64,000 nt of DNA, taken from NCBI GenBank assembly GCA_963808235.1, contig CAWEEQ010000004.1, positions 781,084-845,083 on the forward strand. The letters run 5' to 3'. The notes below the pieces were generated by a model. It did not search any database. It was not told where the DNA came from and was given only the letters and a program-made list of their open reading frames with translations. Below are positions 1 to 7,405 of the stretch, piece by piece. Position 1 is the stretch's first letter; each line of letters begins with the position of its first letter. The stretch is from an uncultured delta proteobacterium. GTDB lineage: Bacteria; Desulfobacterota; Binatia; Binatales; Binataceae. Position numbers and translations under genes: made by a program.

Positions 1-1
1 C

Positions 2-325
2 AATGCGATCAAATACACTCCGCGCGAAGGACACGTCACCGTCGAGGCGCATGAAGCGATGAGCGCCAACGGTACTGCGCCGACGCCGGGCGTGGCGCTG
101 GTGGTCTCCGACACCGGAGAAGGAATTCCCGCGCCCGACATCCCGCGCCTGACGGAGCGATTCTATCGCGTCGATCGTGCGCGCTCGCGCGAACTCGGCG
201 GCACCGGCCTGGGCCTCGCGATCGTCAAACACATCGTGCAACTCCATCACGGAGCGCTTCGCATCGAGAGCAAAGTGCGCGAGGGCACAACAGTCACAGT
301 CTGGATCCCCGCCGCCCCGCAGTGA
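2..325 (+). CDS. Sensor histidine kinase, C-terminal HATPase_c fragment (gene continues past the left window edge)
   Basis: The reading frame is open from nt 2. It contains the N-box NAIKYTP, the G1 box DTGEGIP and the G2 box GGTGLGLAIVK, which are typical of HisKA/HATPase_c kinases. The ORF-track start at 59 is only an internal Met. Confidence 0.8.
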   Translation, partial: NAIKYTPREGHVTVEAHEAMSANGTAPTPGVALVVSDTGEGIPAPDIPRLTERFYRVDRARSRELGGTGLGLAIVKHIVQLHHGALRIESKVREGTTVTVWIPAAPQ

Positions 326-431
326 TTCCTTCTTATCCGCGCCACAAATTGCACGAATCGAGCACTTTCCGCCCTATTCGTCGCGCGGCTTGCTCGCGCG
401 CGCTCGATATGAAAATTTCTAGGGTTCCGGT

Positions 432-508
432 GCGCCCATAGCTCAGTGGATTAGAGCGGATGACTACGGATCATCAGGTCGGGGGTTCAAGTCCCTCTGG
501 GCGCACCA
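432..508 (+). tRNA. tRNA-Arg (anticodon ACG)
   Basis: A 77-nt cloverleaf was folded by hand. Acceptor GCGCCCA/TGGGCGC, D-stem GCTC/GAGC, anticodon stem GATGA/TCATC with loop CTACGGA (anticodon ACG, G37), T-arm GGGGG-TTCAAGT-CCCTC, discriminator A and encoded CCA. Confidence 0.85.
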
Positions 509-556
509 AATCTTTTTTTCAGATCGGCTAATTCCGAAAACGAGGAGCCAGCCGAG

Positions 557-1444
557 ATGAGAACGGCTCGCGACATCTCTATTCCCTATCGCATCGAGGA
601 TGGCGCCAAGTTCCGCCTGAAAGACTTCGATCCCGCCGACGCCGGTCGCATAAAATCGAAGAAGCACGCCGAAGAGGAGTTGCAGCACGGGGTTCAGCTA
701 CTGAGCGAATTGCAAGACAAACTCTACGCGCAGAACCGATGGGCCGTGCTGTTGATCTTTCAAGCGATGGACGCCGCCGGCAAGGACGGCGCTATCAAGC
801 ACGTGTTGTCGGGCGTCAATCCGCAAGGATGCGAGGTCTTCTCGTTCAAGCAACCATCGGTCGAAGAACTCAGTCACGACTTCATGTGGCGGACTTCGAA
901 GCGCGTCCCCGAGCGCGGGAAAATCGGAATCTTCAATCGCTCTTATTACGAGGAAGTTCTGGTGACGCGGGTCCACAAGGATTTGCTCGAGCGTGAGCGC
1001 ATCCCGCCGTCACTGATCAGCAAAGACCTCTGGAAAGAGCGCTTCGCGGATATCAATGCGCACGAACGCTACCTCGCGCACAACGGAATCGTGATTCTGA
1101 AGTTCTTTCTCAACCTGTCGAAAAAGGAACAACGCAAACGCTTTCTGAAAAGACTCGAAGAGCCCGCAAAGAACTGGAAATATTCGGCCGCCGACATCAG
1201 CGAGCGCGGTCTCTGGCGCGACTACATGTCGGCGTACGAACAAATGATCCAGAATACTGCGACCCCGCATGCGCCCTGGTTCGTCGTGCCTGCCGACAAC
1301 AAGTGGTACACGCGCCTTGTGGTCGCCGCGGCTATCGCGCATGCGCTCGAAGAATTGAAGCTCAGCTATCCTAAAGTCGACGCGGCAAAGCGCAAGGAAT
1401 TGAAAGCGGCGCAGATCGCGCTTCAAAATGAGCGCAGTGACTGA
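557..1444 (+). CDS. ppk2: Polyphosphate kinase 2 (PPK2) family, polyphosphate:nucleotide phosphotransferase
   Basis: 295 aa. Walker A LIFQAMDAAGKDG and the PPK2-typical lid region. The single-domain length fits a one-domain PPK2. Confidence 0.85.
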   Translation: MRTARDISIPYRIEDGAKFRLKDFDPADAGRIKSKKHAEEELQHGVQLLSELQDKLYAQNRWAVLLIFQAMDAAGKDGAIKHVLSGVNPQGCEVFSFKQPSVEELSHDFMWRTSKRVPERGKIGIFNRSYYEEVLVTRVHKDLLERERIPPSLISKDLWKERFADINAHERYLAHNGIVILKFFLNLSKKEQRKRFLKRLEEPAKNWKYSAADISERGLWRDYMSAYEQMIQNTATPHAPWFVVPADNKWYTRLVVAAAIAHALEELKLSYPKVDAAKRKELKAAQIALQNERSD

Positions 1445-2675
1445 GCCGCCCGCATTTGCGGCCGCCGCGCCCGCCGATTCTATTTCGCCGCTCGCCGAGT
1501 TCGACTCGCCACGTGCGTGGTGGATGGTTGCGGCCGCATTTGTCGCGATGTTCGCGACGTACAGCGTCGCCTACAGCTTCGGCGCGTTCTTCAAACCGAT
1601 GGCCGCGCAGTTCGGCGCGGATCGCAGCGCCACCTCCGCAATGTTTTCGTTGACCGTGCTGGTCTGGTGCGTGCTCGGCCCAGTCACCGGCCATCTCTCG
1701 GATCGATTCGGTCCACGAATCGTGCTCGCGTCCGGGGCGCTCGTCATGGGGCTGGGTCTCGCGCTTACATCAACGATCGATCGCCTGTGGATTGGCTACC
1801 TGACCTACGGAATCGGCGTCGGCGTCGGAGTCGCGTGCGCGTATGTTCCGATGGTCGCGGTGGTCGGAGGATGGTTTCTGCGCCGGCGCAACACCGCACT
1901 CGGGATCGCGGTGGCCGGAATCGGATTCGGCACGGTGTGCGGCGCGCCGATCGCCGCAGTGTTGATCGCGCCGCTCGGCTGGCGCGCGACCTACCTTGTT
2001 TTCGCGATCGCGACCACCGCGATTCTGCTCGGATGCGCTTTCGTAGCCGAGCGCCCTCCGGTCCACGTCACGCCCTCGCGCGTACGTCTTGGCGACGCGC
2101 TCCGCACTCCGGCCTTCGTACTTTTGTACGCATCGTCGGTTATGGTCTCAACGGCACTGTTCGTGCCGTTCGTCTATCTGCCGTCATTCGCGCACGATCA
2201 TGGCGTGTCCGAATTTTCAAGCGCCGCGCTGGTCGGCGTAATTGGCGGCGCGAGCGTAGCGGGGCGGATGGGACTCGGCGCGCTTGCCGATCGCGCCGGC
2301 GTCGTGCGCCTCTACCAGGCAAGCTTTCTGGTACTCGCGCTCAGCTATGGCATCTGGATGTTTGCGAGTTCGTACTCCGCAATGCTGCTCTTCGCAATCG
2401 TGATGGGCGCCGGCTACGGCGGATACGTCGCGCTATCTCCCGCGGTGATAGCTCACCTGTTCGGGACGCATCGGATGGGCACGATGCTCGGCGCTCTTTA
2501 TACCGCCGGTGGATTTGGCGCGATGGTCGGTCCGCCGATAGTTGGCTTGATCATTGACCGGACCGGCAGCTACCGCGTCGCGATCGCGGCCGCATTCGCA
2601 GTCGCGATGCTTTCCTTCGCGCTGCTGATCCCATTGCGCCGCTACGAACCGGCCAGCCAAACCCTCGTAGATTGA
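1428..2675 (+). CDS. MFS transporter
   Basis: 415 aa with about 12 predicted hydrophobic helices. MFS motif A-like GHLSDRFGPR between TM2 and TM3. Overlaps the PPK2 stop by 17 nt; a later start is possible. Confidence 0.75.
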   Translation: MSAVTEPPAFAAAAPADSISPLAEFDSPRAWWMVAAAFVAMFATYSVAYSFGAFFKPMAAQFGADRSATSAMFSLTVLVWCVLGPVTGHLSDRFGPRIVLASGALVMGLGLALTSTIDRLWIGYLTYGIGVGVGVACAYVPMVAVVGGWFLRRRNTALGIAVAGIGFGTVCGAPIAAVLIAPLGWRATYLVFAIATTAILLGCAFVAERPPVHVTPSRVRLGDALRTPAFVLLYASSVMVSTALFVPFVYLPSFAHDHGVSEFSSAALVGVIGGASVAGRMGLGALADRAGVVRLYQASFLVLALSYGIWMFASSYSAMLLFAIVMGAGYGGYVALSPAVIAHLFGTHRMGTMLGALYTAGGFGAMVGPPIVGLIIDRTGSYRVAIAAAFAVAMLSFALLIPLRRYEPASQTLVD

Positions 2676-2708
2676 AAGTAGTCACAATATGAACTACATT
2701 GAAGTTCG

Positions 2709-3008
2709 ATGCCGAAGCGTTCTGTTAAGCTCGGCCCCGATGCGATCCGTCACTTCAGGGCGCTCCGCGCGGCCGAACGCGCGCGGCTTGCGGCGGCGAT
2801 GCAGGCCGGGCTCGGTGAAGATGATGCAACCGTTGAGAACAAAAACCGCTTCCGTTTGCGACGTCCCTCCGGGCAGTCCGAGTTCGAGTTCCGGAAAGGA
2901 GATTTGCGCGTCTTCTATCGCGTTGCAGACGATGAAGTACTGGTCGATGCAATCGGACGCAAGCGCGGCAACCAACTTTTCATTGGCGGCAGTAAGGTGA
3001 CTCTATGA
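2709..3008 (+). CDS. RelE/ParE-like type II toxin (putative)
   Basis: 99 aa. C-terminal pattern GDLRVFYRV-DDEVLVDAIGRKRG resembles the RelE/ParE core. It overlaps the downstream Phd/YefM gene by 4 nt (ATGA). Confidence 0.5.
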   Translation: MPKRSVKLGPDAIRHFRALRAAERARLAAAMQAGLGEDDATVENKNRFRLRRPSGQSEFEFRKGDLRVFYRVADDEVLVDAIGRKRGNQLFIGGSKVTL

Positions 3009-3247
3009 AAATTGAAAACATTCGCGAGGTTAAGACGCGGTTCAGTCGCTATGTCAACGAGCTGCCCAAAAGTGGCTCGATACTGATCACCAAGAACGGC
3101 CGGCCGTGCGCGGCGTTGATGCCGGTGACAGAAGACACGGACCTTGAAGCCCTGGCGCTGTCCCAGAACAAGCGTTTCTGGAAAATAATCGATGATGCGA
3201 TTGCGCGCGGGAAAAAAGAGGGCTTCGTTGATTTGGCTGATCTCTAG
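3005..3247 (+). CDS. Phd/YefM family antitoxin
   Basis: 80 aa. The N-terminus IENIREVKTRFSRYVNELPKSGSILITKNGRPCAALMPV is the canonical Phd/YefM fold signature. Confidence 0.75.
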   Translation: MKIENIREVKTRFSRYVNELPKSGSILITKNGRPCAALMPVTEDTDLEALALSQNKRFWKIIDDAIARGKKEGFVDLADL

Positions 3248-3277
3248 AACACTAGCGGCGCACGCGCTACGAACCGG

Positions 3278-4348
3278 TTACCGAGTCGCCGATTGCGCCG
3301 GGCTGGCCGGCGCCGCGACCGTGAAACTCCACTCGTAGAGCTTGTCGGCTTCCTTCAACGCGACCTTGTAATGACCGGGCGCCAGCGGTTCGCGCGGAAT
3401 GATCACCGCCGCGCCGATCGCTTTGAGACCTTCCTTGCCAGTCGTGGTCTCTTGCGTATCGCGGCCATTATATGACGCCGCCGTGATGAGGCATGTTTCC
3501 AGCTCGACACCATCGCGCGAAACGAGATTCGACGAAACTTCAAGACTGCCATCGGCGCCATATCCTTCGCCAAGTTGAATCGAAATCGGCGCGCCAGTCG
3601 GCGCTTTGTATCCGGGGCACGCCGTCAATGGATCGGGATACTCGCCGCCCGGATACGATTGCCAATCTATAGTGGCGCCGTTGGGCGGAAATTCGACCGC
3701 CGCTTTCAATCGTCCGGTCTCTGCGGGGATTAGCCCAAGCCCCGGATTCCAAAGTCGATCGCTTGCAGGTCCGTCGTAGAGCTCCAGGCGCACCGACTTC
3801 TCCAACCCGTACCGGCCCGGAATCACGATTGCGCATTCTCCAGAATCGCAGTAAGCGCCAAGTCCAACCAGCGAGAACTGCGGGACCATCGCAGTCAGGC
3901 CGCTGAATGGCATCGCCAGCAGGCGATCGACAAATTCGGCCCCGCTCAGATCGATCTGGCGCGCATTCAGGATTACCGATCTCACGCCGGCTGACGCGCC
4001 CCTGTCGCTGTAGAACGGCTTTCCCTTGATCTCAAACTTTGCGGGTTCCTGCCGAACTTGAATCTGCAGCTTCTGTTTGTCGAGAACGATATCGCCGCCG
4101 CCAATCCCATTTTTGACCAGGTAGCGCGCGTGATCATACGCGCCCGCGCTCAGCGCGCTGTCATCGACGACCGGCGGCAGCTTCGCCATCGCGCGATAGT
4201 AGTTCAGCCGCGCGTTGGCACTCGAGGCGAAATCGGCCAGCGCGCCCGACGATGCCGGGTCCGTCTGCGCGACGGCAAGGCTCGTCGCGAAAATCATTGC
4301 GCCACCGGCCAAAACGGCAAACTTGAAGTATCGCATGAAGTATCGCAT
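3278..4348 (-). CDS. Secreted hypothetical protein (signal peptide)
   Basis: 356 aa. N-terminal signal KFAVLAGGAMIFATSLAVAQT. The start region lies inside a 12-nt tandem repeat (MRYFMRYF). No confident domain assignment. Confidence 0.6.
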   Translation of the reverse strand: MRYFMRYFKFAVLAGGAMIFATSLAVAQTDPASSGALADFASSANARLNYYRAMAKLPPVVDDSALSAGAYDHARYLVKNGIGGGDIVLDKQKLQIQVRQEPAKFEIKGKPFYSDRGASAGVRSVILNARQIDLSGAEFVDRLLAMPFSGLTAMVPQFSLVGLGAYCDSGECAIVIPGRYGLEKSVRLELYDGPASDRLWNPGLGLIPAETGRLKAAVEFPPNGATIDWQSYPGGEYPDPLTACPGYKAPTGAPISIQLGEGYGADGSLEVSSNLVSRDGVELETCLITAASYNGRDTQETTTGKEGLKAIGAAVIIPREPLAPGHYKVALKEADKLYEWSFTVAAPASPAQSATR

Positions 4349-4357
4349 GAAGTATCG
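4322..4357. repeat. Three tandem copies of a 12-nt unit (cttgaagtatcg / catgaagtatcg / catgaagtatcg) spanning the start codon of the 3278..4348 gene
   Basis: Direct reading of the sequence. The copies create two in-frame ATG codons 12 nt apart. Confidence 0.9.
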
Positions 4358-4358
4358 C

Positions 4359-4760
4359 TTACGACTCCGAACAAAGTCCGTGCGCGCGCAGATACTTCAC
4401 ATCGTCGTCAGTAATTTTCGGCCCACTTTTGATTTGTGCCCAGGTTACCGACTGGTTCAACGTGTTGATCCCGCATTCGACCTCGAACATCTCGGCGCCG
4501 TCAGTCCTTTTGATCGGCACGAAGATGTTCGCCGTGCGTACCGAATTCTGCTCGACCATCCGCGGATCGGCCGTCATCCCATTGCTCATCTCGACGCTTT
4601 GCCCGCGAACGCTGTTGCAGATTGGCGCCGGATCGACTTTGCATCCGTTCATGTCGACGACGTTCGTCGAACCCGTGCTGCCGCTCGGCGCAGGTTGTGA
4701 CGCGCATGCCGCGACCGCCATCGATACAAACAGAGCTGGAATCAGCAAACCTCGCCGCAT
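4359..4760 (-). CDS. Putative lipoprotein or secreted hypothetical protein
   Basis: 133 aa. Signal peptide MRRGLLIPALFVSMAVAACAS with a lipobox-like AVAAC. Confidence 0.55.
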   Translation of the reverse strand: MRRGLLIPALFVSMAVAACASQPAPSGSTGSTNVVDMNGCKVDPAPICNSVRGQSVEMSNGMTADPRMVEQNSVRTANIFVPIKRTDGAEMFEVECGINTLNQSVTWAQIKSGPKITDDDVKYLRAHGLCSES

Positions 4761-4982
4761 GTCGGAACCCCTTTATCGAGACGGATTAAAGATCTCACCG
4801 GAAAGTAACAGTGCGCCAACTCTTTGACAACAAAACCGGTTCCGCGGATTACCAAGTCGCGGGAATTCATGTGCGCACTTCCACGCCTTCACGAGTTGAG
4901 TTGTTAAATCGAGGATGGTGCTGCTAGTTTCGAAAAATGAATTGCCCGCGGCTTGGGGCTGCGCGCTTAGGGGATATTTTCG

Positions 4983-5231
4983 ATGCGTAAAATCATAATG
5001 TCCGGTCTCTTTGCGATTGCGGTAGTCGGGCTCGCGTTCGCGGCCGATAGGGATCGCCACGCGAGCTTCAACGATCCGAAGACGCCGGCCGCAGTCGCGC
5101 AGTGCAAGGGCTTCTACGGGACGGACGACAATCTGACGGCGTGCAACGATTTCTGCGGCCAGTGGCGGACTGCCAACGCGGGCGGCACCTGCGCCTGCGA
5201 CGACGGCAGGTGTCCCGCCGACGACCATTAG
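4983..5231 (+). CDS. Small secreted cysteine-rich protein (6 Cys), hypothetical
   Basis: 82 aa. Signal peptide MRKIIMSGLFAIAVVGLAFA followed by a 62-aa mature region with six Cys (CKGF...CNDFCGQW...CACDDGRC). Confidence 0.5.
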   Translation: MRKIIMSGLFAIAVVGLAFAADRDRHASFNDPKTPAAVAQCKGFYGTDDNLTACNDFCGQWRTANAGGTCACDDGRCPADDH

Positions 5232-5256
5232 GATTCAGTTCGCGCGCGCAGCGCCG

Positions 5257-5850
5257 CTAAGCTGCGTCGTGAAAGATCACGCCCATCGCATAGCGCACGC
5301 CGGATGTAACCGTGCTCACGCCGTGGCGCATGTTCACGCGATGAAATCCGCGCGCGCCCGCGACCGGGCGATAGCGGTTCGCGAAGATAATTCCTTCGCC
5401 TTCATTCAGCGCGATCGCTTCGCCGCGCGATTGCGCCCGCGGCCGCTGCTCGACCAGTAGCAATTCGCCGCCTTCGAAATCGCGCCCGCGCCGGTTGAGC
5501 GCGCACGTGAACTGAACCGGGAACGCAATCTCGCCGTACAAGTCCTGATGCAGGCAGTTGTATCCGCCGGTCTCGTAACGAAGGATTAGCGGGGTCGGCC
5601 TGGTCTGGCCACGCGCCGCGCACATCTTCAGAAAAGCCGAGAGCGTTTCGGGATACGAGTCGCGACTGCGCAATCGCGCGGCCCACCTGTCGGCGGTACC
5701 GACCAGCTTGCGATACAGCTCGGTTCGAAGCCGTTCGACGATCTCCGGCATCGGGCGCGCGAAGTACTTATACTCTCCGACGCCGTAACGGTGCCGCTCC
5801 ATCACGATGCGGCTTCGAAACCGCTCGCGATTCGGATAGAGCGCGATCAA
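5257..5850 (-). CDS. 2OG-Fe(II) oxygenase family protein
   Basis: 197 aa. An H-x-D motif (CLHQDLYG) with a distal His (FHRVNMRHG), and a jelly-roll region GGELLLVEQ typical of the 2OG-Fe dioxygenase (PF10014-like) family. Confidence 0.65.
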   Translation of the reverse strand: MIALYPNRERFRSRIVMERHRYGVGEYKYFARPMPEIVERLRTELYRKLVGTADRWAARLRSRDSYPETLSAFLKMCAARGQTRPTPLILRYETGGYNCLHQDLYGEIAFPVQFTCALNRRGRDFEGGELLLVEQRPRAQSRGEAIALNEGEGIIFANRYRPVAGARGFHRVNMRHGVSTVTSGVRYAMGVIFHDAA

Positions 5851-5971
5851 GTCGGCGCATTCGCTCGAGCGCAGGAACTTTCCGGTCGTCGCGTAACCGC
5901 GCGCGTCGAGATCGCGCTCGATTCGATCCCAGTCGAGCCGCGCAATACGATCGGCGATGCTCGCTCCAATC

Positions 5972-6862
5972 TTACTCGGCGTTGGCGCGGATGAACTCTC
6001 CTATCTTCTCGATCGCCTGCTGCCCCTCATCGAGCATCGGTGCGAAAATTTGCCATACGTGGATCATGTTCTCCCACGGCTCCAGCGTAACCTTCACTCC
6101 CGCTTTGCGCGCGCGCTCTGCGAGCCGGGTCGAGTCATCGAGCAAAGTTTCCGCAGTGCCGACCTGGATCAACAACGGCGGAAGTCCTGCGAGGTCTGCA
6201 TAGAGCGGCGCTGCGAGCGGCGTGCGCGGATCCTTGCCCGCAAGATAAGCCGCCGCCATTTCGATCAGGCCGTCCTTTTGGACCATCGGATCCGCAGCCG
6301 CCTTCGACTTCATCGAATCGCCGAGCCCTTCGAGATCGACCCACGGCGACATACACACGCCGGCGCCCGGAAGCGCGAGCTTCGCATCGCGAATCGCGAC
6401 CAGCGTCGCGACCGTCAGCCCGCCGCCTGCGGAGTCGCCGGCGACGGCGATGCGCGCAGGCTTCAGTCCCGTCGAGATCATCCAGCGATACGCGGCGACC
6501 GAATCGTCGACAGCCGCGGGAAATGGATGCTCCGGCGCGAGCCGGTACTCGATCACCAGCACTCGCGCTTTCGACGCGCGCGAAAGTCTCGCCGCGAGCG
6601 AGCGATGAGTATTGATCGAGCCGATAACGTACCCGCCACCGTGCAGGTAAAGGATCGCGCGCCCCGTGTCTGCCCCCGGCGCCGTCACCCACTCGGCCTT
6701 GATTCCGCCAGCATTCACCGGCTCGCACTTGACGTCCGCATCGACCGGAAAGAGTCCAGCCATCTGCTCAAATCCCGCGCGCGTCTCCTCGACTGACGGC
6801 TTGCCCGCGATCGGCTGCGCCTTGAGCATTTGGACGATTTGTTGAAGCTGTTGTTGTGACAT
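5972..6862 (-). CDS. Alpha/beta hydrolase, hormone-sensitive-lipase family esterase
   Basis: An HGGGY oxyanion motif (LYLHGGGYVIGS) and a GDSAGG nucleophile elbow. The ORF track extends to 6949, but the Met 29 codons downstream (MSQQQLQQ...) is preceded by GGAGG at good spacing, so 6862 is the likelier start. Confidence 0.8.
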   Translation of the reverse strand: MSQQQLQQIVQMLKAQPIAGKPSVEETRAGFEQMAGLFPVDADVKCEPVNAGGIKAEWVTAPGADTGRAILYLHGGGYVIGSINTHRSLAARLSRASKARVLVIEYRLAPEHPFPAAVDDSVAAYRWMISTGLKPARIAVAGDSAGGGLTVATLVAIRDAKLALPGAGVCMSPWVDLEGLGDSMKSKAAADPMVQKDGLIEMAAAYLAGKDPRTPLAAPLYADLAGLPPLLIQVGTAETLLDDSTRLAERARKAGVKVTLEPWENMIHVWQIFAPMLDEGQQAIEKIGEFIRANAE

Positions 6863-6963
6863 CGAATACCTCCGGTTTCCTGGTGCGGCGCCGAGTATAG
6901 CGCCGCTCGTTTGCACCCTGCAAAGACGCGTTCGGTTCGCGCCGCGCATGGCATAATCACCGC

Positions 6964-7392
6964 ATGGCGATCGAGTACACGATCCTCGCCGACGCGATCG
7001 TCATCGTCCACGCGGCATACGTAGCGTTCGTCGTGGGCGGACTCGTCGCGATTCTGATCGGCGGTGCGACGGGATGGCGATGGACCCGAAGCTTCGCGTT
7101 TCGAGTCGCGCACCTCGCCGCGATTACGCTCGTATGCATCGAGTCAGTCGTCGGCGTGATGTGTCCGCTGACTTCGCTCGAAGACTGGATGCGCGCGCGT
7201 GGCGGAGCCGCGCGGTATCGCGGTGACTTCGTCGGCTACTGGGCGCATCGCCTGATTTTCTACAACTTCCCGCCGTGGGCATTCGCGATCGTGTACTTCA
7301 CATTCGCGGCTCTGGTCGTCATCACATTCATTCTTCTACCGCCACGATGGCCCACCCGCACGCATCGTGCGCACACTAGCGATCCGCTCTGA
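6964..7392 (+). CDS. DUF2784 family membrane protein
   Basis: 142 aa. The pattern LADAIVIVHAAYVAFVVGG...CPLTSLEDWMR...YRGDF matches the DUF2784 family. Confidence 0.6.
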   Translation: MAIEYTILADAIVIVHAAYVAFVVGGLVAILIGGATGWRWTRSFAFRVAHLAAITLVCIESVVGVMCPLTSLEDWMRARGGAARYRGDFVGYWAHRLIFYNFPPWAFAIVYFTFAALVVITFILLPPRWPTRTHRAHTSDPL

Positions 7393-7405
7393 GAGGAAGA
7401 CGCGG

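Noticed and set aside
1517-2557. 346-aa Arg-rich ORF on the plus strand inside the MFS transporter gene (different frame)
   Set aside because: It has Arg/Gly/Ser-rich composition with no hydrophobic core, which is typical of an out-of-frame reading of high-GC coding DNA. It fully overlaps a well-supported transporter gene.
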